In this document: one piece after another, positions 16,603 through 24,652 of the stretch
Numbering within the stretch: the first letter of the stretch is position 1
Layout: each line of letters opens with the position of its first letter
NCBI GenBank assembly: GCA_000438355.1
Contig: FR901446.1
Location: forward strand, 1 to 39,748
DNA length: 39,748 bases
From: Clostridium sp. CAG:273
GTDB lineage: Bacteria; Bacillota; Clostridia; TANB77; CAG-508
Direction of reading: 5' to 3'
Notes under the pieces: generated by a model
What the model saw: the letters and a program-made list of their open reading frames with translations, nothing else
What the model was told of the DNA's origin: nothing
The model's database searches: none
Program-made: the position numbers and the translations under genes

Positions 16603-19600
16603 ATGTCAAATTTTGTACACTTACATATACATAGTGAATATAGTTTACTTGATGGAGCAAATAGAATAAAAGATTTACCAATTAGAGCAAAAGAGTTAGG
16701 AATGGATGCCATAGCTCTTACTGACCATGGTTCAATGTTTGGAACAATAGATTTTTACAAAGCATGTAAAGCAAATGGAATAAAACCAATAATTGGATGT
16801 GAAGTGTACGTGGCACCAAGAAGTAGGAAAGATAAAGATCCTAATTTAGATGCTAGATACAATCATTTAATTTTACTTGCTAAAAATAATGATGGATATA
16901 AAAACTTAGCTAAGCTTGTATCATTAGGGTATACAGAGGGATTTTATTATAAGCCGCGAATAGATAAGGAAACATTAGAACAATATCACGAAAATTTAAT
17001 ATGCTGTAGTGCGTGCCTAGCTGGTGAGGTAAATCAAGCAATATTAAAGAATAATATGGAAGAAGCAAAAAAAGTTGCTTTATGGTTTAAAAAATTATTT
17101 GGAGAAGATTATTACTTAGAAATACAAAATAATGGAATAAAAGAACAGGTATTAGTAAATCAAAAGCTAATAGAATTATCTAGAGAGCTAGATATACCAC
17201 TTGTTGCAACAAATGATGCTCATTACTTGAAAAGAGAAGATGCATACAATCATGAAGTACTATTATGCATACAAACAGGAAAGAAAATGTCTGATGAAGA
17301 CAGAATGAAATTTGAAACAGACGAATTATATGTAAAATCTCCAGAAGAAATGAGTGATTATTTTAAAAATGTTCCAGAAGCAATAGAAAATACTGTTAAA
17401 ATTGCAGAAAAGTGTAATGTAGAGTTTGAATTTGGACATACAATTTTACCTAACTACGATGTTCCAGAAGAATTTGAGACACACTATGATTATTTAAAAA
17501 AGTTATGTGATGATGGAATAAAAAATAGGTATGGCGAAAATCCAACTAAAGAAATATTAGAAAGAGCAGAATTTGAAATGAATGTTATAAACCAAATGGG
17601 ATATGTAGATTACTTTTTAATTGTTTGGGATTATATACATTATGCAAAAACTCATAATATTCCAGTTGGACCTGGACGTGGTTCTGGAGCAGGTTCCATT
17701 GTAGCATATGCAATAGAAATAACAGACATTGACCCAATAAAGTATGGATTGATTTTTGAAAGATTTTTAAATCCAGAAAGAATAAGTATGCCCGATTTTG
17801 ATGTTGACTTTTGCTATGAAAAAAGAGACCAAGTTATAGACTATGTTTGTAGAAAATATGGTCATGACCATGTGTCTCAAATTATTACATTTGGAACTAT
17901 GTCTGCAAGGATGGTAATACGCGATGTGGGAAGAGTTTTAGATGTACCATATGCAGAAACAGATAAAATAGCAAAAATGGTTCCAAACGAATTGCATATA
18001 ACAATAAAAAAAGCAATGGAACAAAATAGAGAATTAAGAGATTTATACGAACAAAACTCAGACATGAAAAAAATGCTAGATATTGCTATGGCTTTAGAAG
18101 GAATGCCAAGACAGGCGTCAACACATGCATGTGGAATTGTTATTACAAAAGACCCGGTTGTAGATTATGTTCCACTTTACAGAAGAGATGATATAATTTC
18201 AACACAATATATAATGACAACATTGGAAGAGCTAGGACTTTTGAAAATGGACTTTTTAGGACTTAGAACTCTTACTGTTATTCAAGACACAATAGAGCTA
18301 GTTAAAGCAAATAGAGGCATAGATGTAGAATTTGACAAAGATATGAATGATTCTAAAGTATATAAATTATGGCAAGATGGAAACAGTGTTGGAATATTCC
18401 AATTTGAAAGTCAAGGTATGACTAACTTTATGAAGGAATTAAAACCAGACTGCTTAGAAGATATTATAGCTGGGGTTTCATTATATAGACCTGGACCAAT
18501 GGATCAAATACCAAGGTATATCGCAAATAAAAAAGATCCAGAACATGCTGTATATACACATCCTGCATTAAAACCAATATTAGAGGTTACATATGGTTGT
18601 ATGGTATATCAAGAACAAGTTATGCAAATAGTTAGAGACTTGGCAGGGTATTCTTTAGGTAGAGCAGACCTAGTAAGACGTGCCATGGGAAAGAAAAAAC
18701 TAGACGTAATGGCAAAAGAAAGAGAAAATTTTATACATGGGCAAGTAGATGAAAACGGAAATATAATTATAAAAGGTTGTGTAAGAAACGGTATAGATGA
18801 GAAATCTGCAAATAAAATATTTGATGAGATGGCAGAATTTGCAAAATATGCATTTAATAAGTCACATGCAGCATGTTATGCAGTAGTTGCTTATAGAACA
18901 GCTTATTTAAAGGCATATTATCCTGTAGAATTTATGGCTGCAATGCTTAATAGTTTTTTAGGAAATTTAGATAAAATACCAGCATACACAGAAGAATGTA
19001 AAAGACTAAATATACAAATTTTAAAACCAGATATAAATAAAAGTTATACTAAATTTACTGTAGATGGAGACAAAATAAGATTTGGACTGGGAAGCGTTAA
19101 AAATGTTGGTACATCAGCTGTTGATGAAATAGTAGCAGAAAGAGATAGAAATGGACAATTTAAAGATTTTACAGATTTTTGTGAAAGAATACAAGAAACA
19201 AATGTAAATAAAAAATGTATAGAAAGTTTAATAAAAGCAGGTGCATTTGATGAATTTAATGAAACTAGAAGAACATTAATGGAGTCATTTGAAAGCATTT
19301 TGGACACCATAACAAGCAGTAACAAAAAAGAACTTGAAGGTCAAGTTAATATGTTTGATTTAGGTGGTAGTGATTCAAAAGAAATGAAATATACATTTAA
19401 AGAATTTCCGGAATATAGTAGAAAAGAGCTTTTATTTATGGAAAAAGAAATGCTTGGACTATATATTTCAGGTCATCCATTAGATAATATAAGACATCAA
19501 ATAGAAATGCAAACAAATATAAATTCTTTTCAAATGAGACAAATGGAAAATACAGATGAGATTGGAGATGAAATTAGACAAGAAATAAAAGATGGGCAGA

Positions 19601-20076
19601 TGGTAAAATATGCAGGAATAATTACAAAAATAAAGAAAAAGTATACAAAAAATAATAAACTTATGGCATTTCTAACAGTGGAAGACTTATATGGACCAAC
19701 AGAAATAATATTGTTTGAAAGTGCATATCAAAATTGTGCTAATGTACTAATGGAAGATAATATTGTTTTGGTAAATGGGAGATTGAGTGTAAGAGAAGAC
19801 GAGGAAACAAAAATAGTTGCAAATCAGATAACAGAATTTGCAACAAAAAAGAAAAGTATATTTATATTAGATGTTACCTCATTAGATGAAAAAACAAAAG
19901 TAAAACTAAAGGGAGCAATAAAATTTTTTACTGGAGATAGAAATAATATGCCTTTGGAAATTATAAATAATACTGTAAAAAGTATGGCAGGAGGAATATA
20001 TATAACACCAGAAATTCTTAAGGAATTTCAAGAATTAATAGGTACAGAAAATGCCAAAGTAGAGGAGGTGGAATAA
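16603..20076 (+). CDS. dnaE: DNA polymerase III alpha subunit, DnaE type
   Basis: The PHP domain start is FVHLHIHSEYSLLDGA. The polymerase core has GPGRGSGAGSIVAY and PDFDVDF. HhH and OB regions are present. Total length is 1157 aa. Confidence 0.95.
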   Translation: MSNFVHLHIHSEYSLLDGANRIKDLPIRAKELGMDAIALTDHGSMFGTIDFYKACKANGIKPIIGCEVYVAPRSRKDKDPNLDARYNHLILLAKNNDGYKNLAKLVSLGYTEGFYYKPRIDKETLEQYHENLICCSACLAGEVNQAILKNNMEEAKKVALWFKKLFGEDYYLEIQNNGIKEQVLVNQKLIELSRELDIPLVATNDAHYLKREDAYNHEVLLCIQTGKKMSDEDRMKFETDELYVKSPEEMSDYFKNVPEAIENTVKIAEKCNVEFEFGHTILPNYDVPEEFETHYDYLKKLCDDGIKNRYGENPTKEILERAEFEMNVINQMGYVDYFLIVWDYIHYAKTHNIPVGPGRGSGAGSIVAYAIEITDIDPIKYGLIFERFLNPERISMPDFDVDFCYEKRDQVIDYVCRKYGHDHVSQIITFGTMSARMVIRDVGRVLDVPYAETDKIAKMVPNELHITIKKAMEQNRELRDLYEQNSDMKKMLDIAMALEGMPRQASTHACGIVITKDPVVDYVPLYRRDDIISTQYIMTTLEELGLLKMDFLGLRTLTVIQDTIELVKANRGIDVEFDKDMNDSKVYKLWQDGNSVGIFQFESQGMTNFMKELKPDCLEDIIAGVSLYRPGPMDQIPRYIANKKDPEHAVYTHPALKPILEVTYGCMVYQEQVMQIVRDLAGYSLGRADLVRRAMGKKKLDVMAKERENFIHGQVDENGNIIIKGCVRNGIDEKSANKIFDEMAEFAKYAFNKSHAACYAVVAYRTAYLKAYYPVEFMAAMLNSFLGNLDKIPAYTEECKRLNIQILKPDINKSYTKFTVDGDKIRFGLGSVKNVGTSAVDEIVAERDRNGQFKDFTDFCERIQETNVNKKCIESLIKAGAFDEFNETRRTLMESFESILDTITSSNKKELEGQVNMFDLGGSDSKEMKYTFKEFPEYSRKELLFMEKEMLGLYISGHPLDNIRHQIEMQTNINSFQMRQMENTDEIGDEIRQEIKDGQMVKYAGIITKIKKKYTKNNKLMAFLTVEDLYGPTEIILFESAYQNCANVLMEDNIVLVNGRLSVREDEETKIVANQITEFATKKKSIFILDVTSLDEKTKVKLKGAIKFFTGDRNNMPLEIINNTVKSMAGGIYITPEILKEFQELIGTENAKVEEVE

Positions 20077-20078
20077 AG

Positions 20079-20309
20079 GTGAATTTAAATTACAACGATG
20101 CAGAACAAAAAAATGAATATGTTACTAAAAAGACATTTGTTATTACAACTGTAATATTATCTATAGCATTAATAATTGTAACAATATTTTTACTATTTTA
20201 CTTTAACAGTAAACTACAAAAAACAGTAGAAAGTTTAGAAATAAAAGATGATTTAACATTAATACAAAAGGAAGATAATAGCTGGATAAATAATGTAAAT
20301 GTTGAGTAA
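20079..20309 (+). CDS. Small single-pass membrane protein, translationally coupled to dnaE
   Basis: GTG start lies 2 nt after the dnaE stop, with GGAGGAGGTGG just upstream. There is one hydrophobic helix (FVITTVILSIALIIVTIFLLFYF). No recognisable family. Confidence 0.45.
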   Translation: MNLNYNDAEQKNEYVTKKTFVITTVILSIALIIVTIFLLFYFNSKLQKTVESLEIKDDLTLIQKEDNSWINNVNVE

Positions 20310-20428
20310 ATTATAGTAAGAATAGAATAAAATTGAATATAAAGTACAAACACAAAAATTTAAAAATAAATGCAGATTGTAAAAGTAAAATATAACTAAA
20401 AAATAAATGTAGAATAATTTGAAAAATA

Positions 20429-20457
20429 TTGACAGTATACATAATATATGATAAAAT
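20429..20457 (+). promoter_or_regulatory. Sigma-A promoter of the FN3-repeat protein gene
   Basis: TTGACA (20429..20434), 17-nt spacer, TAAAAT (20452..20457). Confidence 0.5.
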
Positions 20458-20484
20458 GTTGTCGGATTAAAAAGGAGGGATTTT

Positions 20485-22302
20485 ATGATGAAACATAAAA
20501 ATATTTCGATTGTTTTTATTTCATTATTAATCATAGCAATTCTACTAATGATGAGTCCAAGAATGCTAGCATACACAATCCCAGCAGTAGAAAATTTAAA
20601 AGTTGAATATACTGATGGAACAGCAAACTTAAGCTGGTCAAGTGTAACAAATGCTGATGGATATGAAGTTTTTGTTAATATTCCAGGTTATGGTTATGCT
20701 AATATTGGTTCAGTATCTGAAAATAAAGTTTCTGTAATAGGAATTTCAGAAGACACAGCATATTCTGTAAAAGTAAGAGCTTATGAATATGTAAATAACA
20801 TAAAAGAAGTTGGAAACTTTTCTAATGAAGTAGACTTTGATACAAACAAAGAAGCGGATTTAGATAGAGTAACAGGTGTAAAAGTAGAAACAACAGGAAA
20901 TATTGCAAAAGTAGAATGGAATGCTGTTTCAGAAGCAACTGGTTATGAGGTATATGTAGACATACCAAATTATGGATTTTTAAAAATTGGTAATGCAACA
21001 ACAAATTCAGCAGTATTAATGGGATTCCAAACAAATGGAAAATATGCTGTAAAAATAAGAGCTTTTAAAGGAACAAATGGAAAAGATGGTTATGGAGAAT
21101 TTTCGTCATCAAAAACATTTTATATAAATAGTGAAGACCTAGATGATGACAAAAAAGAAGAATTAGACCAAGTTAAAGATTTAGAATATAACTTAGAAAA
21201 AGATAAAGTATATTTAAATTGGTCTAAAGTAAAAGATGCAGACGAATATATTGTTTATATATCAATAAATGGTGGTAACTACAGTGAAATAGGAAGAGTT
21301 ACAGGAAGAGAAGCAACAATAAATGATTTAAGAGAAAATACTACATATAAAGTAAAAATCGCAGCATATAATAAACATGATGATGTTTATGGAAAAGAGT
21401 CTAATGTTATAACTTTTAAAACAGACAAAAGTTTTGAAGAAGAAATAGAATTAGACAAGGTAAGAAATTTATCTGTAGATATAGATGGAAATAGAGCTTA
21501 TTTAGATTGGTCTAAAGTAAAAGATGCAGACAAATATGAAATTTATTTATCTAAAAATGGAAAAGCATATAGTTTAGCAGGAACAGTAACAAAAAATAGT
21601 GCAACAATTTCAGATTTAGACTATAACACATCATATAAAGTAAAAGTAAGAGCATATAATGAAAAATATGATGAATATGGTACATATTCAGACATAAAAA
21701 GTTTTAAAACAGAAGAAGATGACACAATAGAAGTTGGAAAAGTAAAAAATATAGATATAGATGTAAATGGAAACAGAGTAGATTTAGATTGGTCAAAAGT
21801 AACTAATGCAGATGAATATGAAGTTTATTTATCTAAAAATAGTGGATCTTATGACTTAATTGGTACAGTAAAAAATAATAATGCAACAATTTCTAATCTA
21901 TCATATAATACATCATATAAAATAAAAATAAGAGCATATAATAAGAAATATGATGAATATGGTGCGTATTCAGATATAGAAAGCTTTAAAACAGAAAAAT
22001 ATAATAGTAGTATAAACAACGAAGAAGTTGGAAAAGTAAAAAATGTAAATGCAAGTGTAACAGGAAGTACAGTATATTTATCTTGGAAATCTGTGCCAGG
22101 TGCAGTAAAATATGAAATACAATTTACAGTACCAGGATACGGAGGAGCTACATCAATATGGTCAGAAGGACCAGGCAGAACAATTTCTGGATTAACAAAT
22201 AAAACATCAAATTATACAGCAAGAGTAAGAGCATATAAATATGTAGATGGACGTTTAGTGCCAGGAGAATATTCAGATGTAGTTAGATTTAAAGGAAAAT
22301 AA
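20485..22302 (+). CDS. Secreted protein with six tandem fibronectin type III-like domains
   Basis: An N-terminal signal peptide (KHKNISIVFISLLIIAILLMMSPRMLA) is followed by six units of about 94 aa. Each has the pattern ..L.WS.V..A..YE.Y........IG......A.I..L...T.Y.VK.RAY, i.e. an FN3-like W/Y/RAY core. No LPXTG or other anchor is visible. Confidence 0.8.
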   Translation: MMKHKNISIVFISLLIIAILLMMSPRMLAYTIPAVENLKVEYTDGTANLSWSSVTNADGYEVFVNIPGYGYANIGSVSENKVSVIGISEDTAYSVKVRAYEYVNNIKEVGNFSNEVDFDTNKEADLDRVTGVKVETTGNIAKVEWNAVSEATGYEVYVDIPNYGFLKIGNATTNSAVLMGFQTNGKYAVKIRAFKGTNGKDGYGEFSSSKTFYINSEDLDDDKKEELDQVKDLEYNLEKDKVYLNWSKVKDADEYIVYISINGGNYSEIGRVTGREATINDLRENTTYKVKIAAYNKHDDVYGKESNVITFKTDKSFEEEIELDKVRNLSVDIDGNRAYLDWSKVKDADKYEIYLSKNGKAYSLAGTVTKNSATISDLDYNTSYKVKVRAYNEKYDEYGTYSDIKSFKTEEDDTIEVGKVKNIDIDVNGNRVDLDWSKVTNADEYEVYLSKNSGSYDLIGTVKNNNATISNLSYNTSYKIKIRAYNKKYDEYGAYSDIESFKTEKYNSSINNEEVGKVKNVNASVTGSTVYLSWKSVPGAVKYEIQFTVPGYGGATSIWSEGPGRTISGLTNKTSNYTARVRAYKYVDGRLVPGEYSDVVRFKGK

Positions 22303-22321
22303 AATATTTTTATTAAAAAGC

Positions 22322-22350
22322 TTGATATTTATATAAATATAGGATATAAT
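22322..22350 (+). promoter_or_regulatory. Sigma-A promoter of the rimP-nusA-infB operon
   Basis: TTGATA (22322..22327), 17-nt spacer, TATAAT (22345..22350). Confidence 0.55.
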
Positions 22351-22372
22351 AGTTAAAGCATAAGAGTTTAAG

Positions 22373-22400
22373 AAGAGTGGGAACAAATCCCACTCTTTAG
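22373..22400 (+). terminator. Strong hairpin with a poor U-tract in the rimP-nusA leader (leaky terminator / attenuator)
   Basis: AAGAGTGGGA (22373..22382) pairs perfectly with TCCCACTCTT (22388..22397) around a 5-nt loop. The tail is TAGTCTT. The hairpin lies downstream of the promoter above and about 10 nt before the rimP SD. Confidence 0.5.
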
Positions 22401-22422
22401 TCTTAATAGGAGGAATTTGTAA

Positions 22423-22887
22423 ATGCCTAAAATAGAGGAAAATGTAGAAACCCTAATTATGCCAATTATAGAAGATTTGGGATATATTTTATATGATGTA
22501 CAATATGTAAAAGAAGCAAAAGATTATTATCTTAGAGTTTTTATTGATAAAAAAGAAGGAATATCTTTAGAAGATTGTGAAAAAGTAAACAATGCAATAA
22601 CAGATATTTTGGACGAAAAAAATTATATAAAAGATCAATATTTTTTAGAAATATCTTCACCAGGAATTGAAAGAATATTGAGAAAAGAAAAACATTTAGA
22701 AGATAATATTGGACAAAAAGTTTGTGTAAATTTATTCAAACCAATTGAGAAAGAAAAACAATTAATAGGTACTTTACAAAAATTTGATAAAGATAGTCTT
22801 TATATTAGCTGTAAAGATAGTGAAGGAACAATTAAAATAGAAAGAAAAAATATAAGTTTAATAAAAACAGTGTATGAATGGGATTAA
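22423..22887 (+). CDS. rimP: Ribosome maturation factor RimP
   Basis: 154 aa. LEISSPGIERILRKEKH is the RimP motif. The position upstream of nusA is conserved. Confidence 0.9.
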   Translation: MPKIEENVETLIMPIIEDLGYILYDVQYVKEAKDYYLRVFIDKKEGISLEDCEKVNNAITDILDEKNYIKDQYFLEISSPGIERILRKEKHLEDNIGQKVCVNLFKPIEKEKQLIGTLQKFDKDSLYISCKDSEGTIKIERKNISLIKTVYEWD

Positions 22888-22908
22888 ATTAAGAAGGGAG
22901 TAATAAAA

Positions 22909-24033
22909 ATGAAAAAAGTAGTAAAGAAAAATACACCAGCAATTGACTCTACTGAGCTAATAATAGCAATGGAAGAGTTAGAAAAGGATAATGGTATACC
23001 AAAAGATTACTTACTAGAATCTATAGAAACAGCATTAGTTACAGCATATAAAAGAAACTTTGATTCAGCAGAAAATGTTAAAGTTACAATGGACAGAGAA
23101 ACTGGTGAAATTCATGTGTATGCAGAAAAAGATGTAGTAGAAATAGTAGAAGATCCACAATTACAAATAAATTTACAAGATGCTAAAAACATAAATAAAA
23201 ATTTAGAAATAGGAGACAAAGCAGAAGTAGAAATAATACCTAAAAATTTTGGTAGAATAGCTGCACAAACTGCAAAACAAGTTATAGTACAAAAAATTAG
23301 AGAAGTTTCAAGAAATGTTTTATTTAATGAATTTAATGAGAGAAAAGGCGAAATTGTTTCAGGAATTGTACAAAAGGCAGATGGAGGAGTTGTAGTATTA
23401 GATTTAGGAAAACTAGAAGGTGTAATGACTGTAAAAGAACAAGTTCCTACAGAAAAATATAGAGTTAACGATAAAATAAGAGCATATATATTAGATGTAG
23501 AAAGAGGAATAAAGGGAGCACCACAAGTTATGGTTTCTAGAACATCACCAGAATTTGTTAGAAAGTTATTTGAATTAGAAATTCCAGAAATATATGAAGG
23601 TGTTATAGAAATAAAGAGCGTATCTAGAGATCCAGGAAGTAGAAGTAAAATAGCAGTATATTCTCCAAACGAAAATATAGACCCAGTTGGTTCTTGTGTA
23701 GGTCAAAAAGGAATAAGAATTCAAAACATTATAAACGAGTTACATGGAGAAAAAATAGATGTTATAGAATGGAACGAAGATCCATCAATATTTATTTCTG
23801 CAGCATTACTTCCAGCACAAGTTATGGCAGTAGATATAAAAGAAGAAGAAAAATTTGCTCAAGTTATAGTTCCAGATGACCAATTATCTTTAGCAATAGG
23901 AAAAGCTGGTCAAAATGCACGTTTAGCTGCAAAACTTACTAATTGGAAAATAGACATAAAGAGTGAAAGCCAATTTAGAGAAATAATGATGCAAGCTCAA
24001 AATGAGCAAGAAAGTACAGAAAATGAAGAATAA
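22909..24033 (+). CDS. nusA: Transcription termination/antitermination factor NusA
   Basis: The S1 domain (GEIVSGIVQK..) and two KH domains (CVGQKGIRIQNI, AIGKAGQNARLAAKLTNWKIDI) are present. Confidence 0.96.
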   Translation: MKKVVKKNTPAIDSTELIIAMEELEKDNGIPKDYLLESIETALVTAYKRNFDSAENVKVTMDRETGEIHVYAEKDVVEIVEDPQLQINLQDAKNINKNLEIGDKAEVEIIPKNFGRIAAQTAKQVIVQKIREVSRNVLFNEFNERKGEIVSGIVQKADGGVVVLDLGKLEGVMTVKEQVPTEKYRVNDKIRAYILDVERGIKGAPQVMVSRTSPEFVRKLFELEIPEIYEGVIEIKSVSRDPGSRSKIAVYSPNENIDPVGSCVGQKGIRIQNIINELHGEKIDVIEWNEDPSIFISAALLPAQVMAVDIKEEEKFAQVIVPDDQLSLAIGKAGQNARLAAKLTNWKIDIKSESQFREIMMQAQNEQESTENEE

Positions 24034-24069
24034 TATATTAAAATAAAAATACATATAACAATAAGGAAA

Positions 24070-24339
24070 GTGATGTATTTGAAAGCAATACCAGAAAGAA
24101 CATGCATTGGATGCAATGAAAAGAAACAAAAAAAAGAGCTAATAAGAATTGTAAAAGATAAAGAAGGAAATATAAGCATTGACGAAATAGGAAAATCAAA
24201 TGGTAGAGGTGCATATATTTGTAAAAATATAGAATGCTTAGAAAAAGCTATAAAATCTAAGAAATTAGAAAGAAGTTTAAAGACAAAAATTGATTTACAA
24301 ATTTATGAAAGTTTAAGAGGTGTAATGATTGGTAAATAA
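24070..24339 (+). CDS. ylxR: YlxR (DUF448) RNA-binding protein
   Basis: PERTCIGCNEKKQKKELIRIV....GRGAYIC is the YlxR signature. The start may be ATG 24073 rather than GTG 24070. Confidence 0.85.
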   Translation: MMYLKAIPERTCIGCNEKKQKKELIRIVKDKEGNISIDEIGKSNGRGAYICKNIECLEKAIKSKKLERSLKTKIDLQIYESLRGVMIGK

Positions 24340-24652
24340 TACTAAAGTTTTAAGACTAATAGGGTTAGCTATGAGGGCTGGTAAAGTAAAATTTGGAAGT
24401 GACAGTTGTATGGAAGCAATTATTCAAAATAAAATTAAAGTATTATTAGTTGCTAAAGACGCATCAGAAAGGACCAAGACAAATTTTAAAAGATTATGCC
24501 ATGATAAAAATATACCAATATATGAGGAATTTGAAGAGTATGATTTAAGTCATGCAATAGGTAAACAAAATAAAGTAATAATAGGAGTATGTGATGATAA
24601 TTTTTCAAAAGAAATTATAAAAATTCTAAGTGGGGGTGAGGTTATTGGATAA
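24329..24652 (+). CDS. ylxQ: L7Ae-family ribosomal-protein-like protein YlxQ
   Basis: [44 protein letters not shown] matches the YlxQ/L7Ae fold family. The position between ylxR and infB is conserved. The TTG start is uncertain. Confidence 0.8.
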   Translation: MVNNTKVLRLIGLAMRAGKVKFGSDSCMEAIIQNKIKVLLVAKDASERTKTNFKRLCHDKNIPIYEEFEEYDLSHAIGKQNKVIIGVCDDNFSKEIIKILSGGEVIG

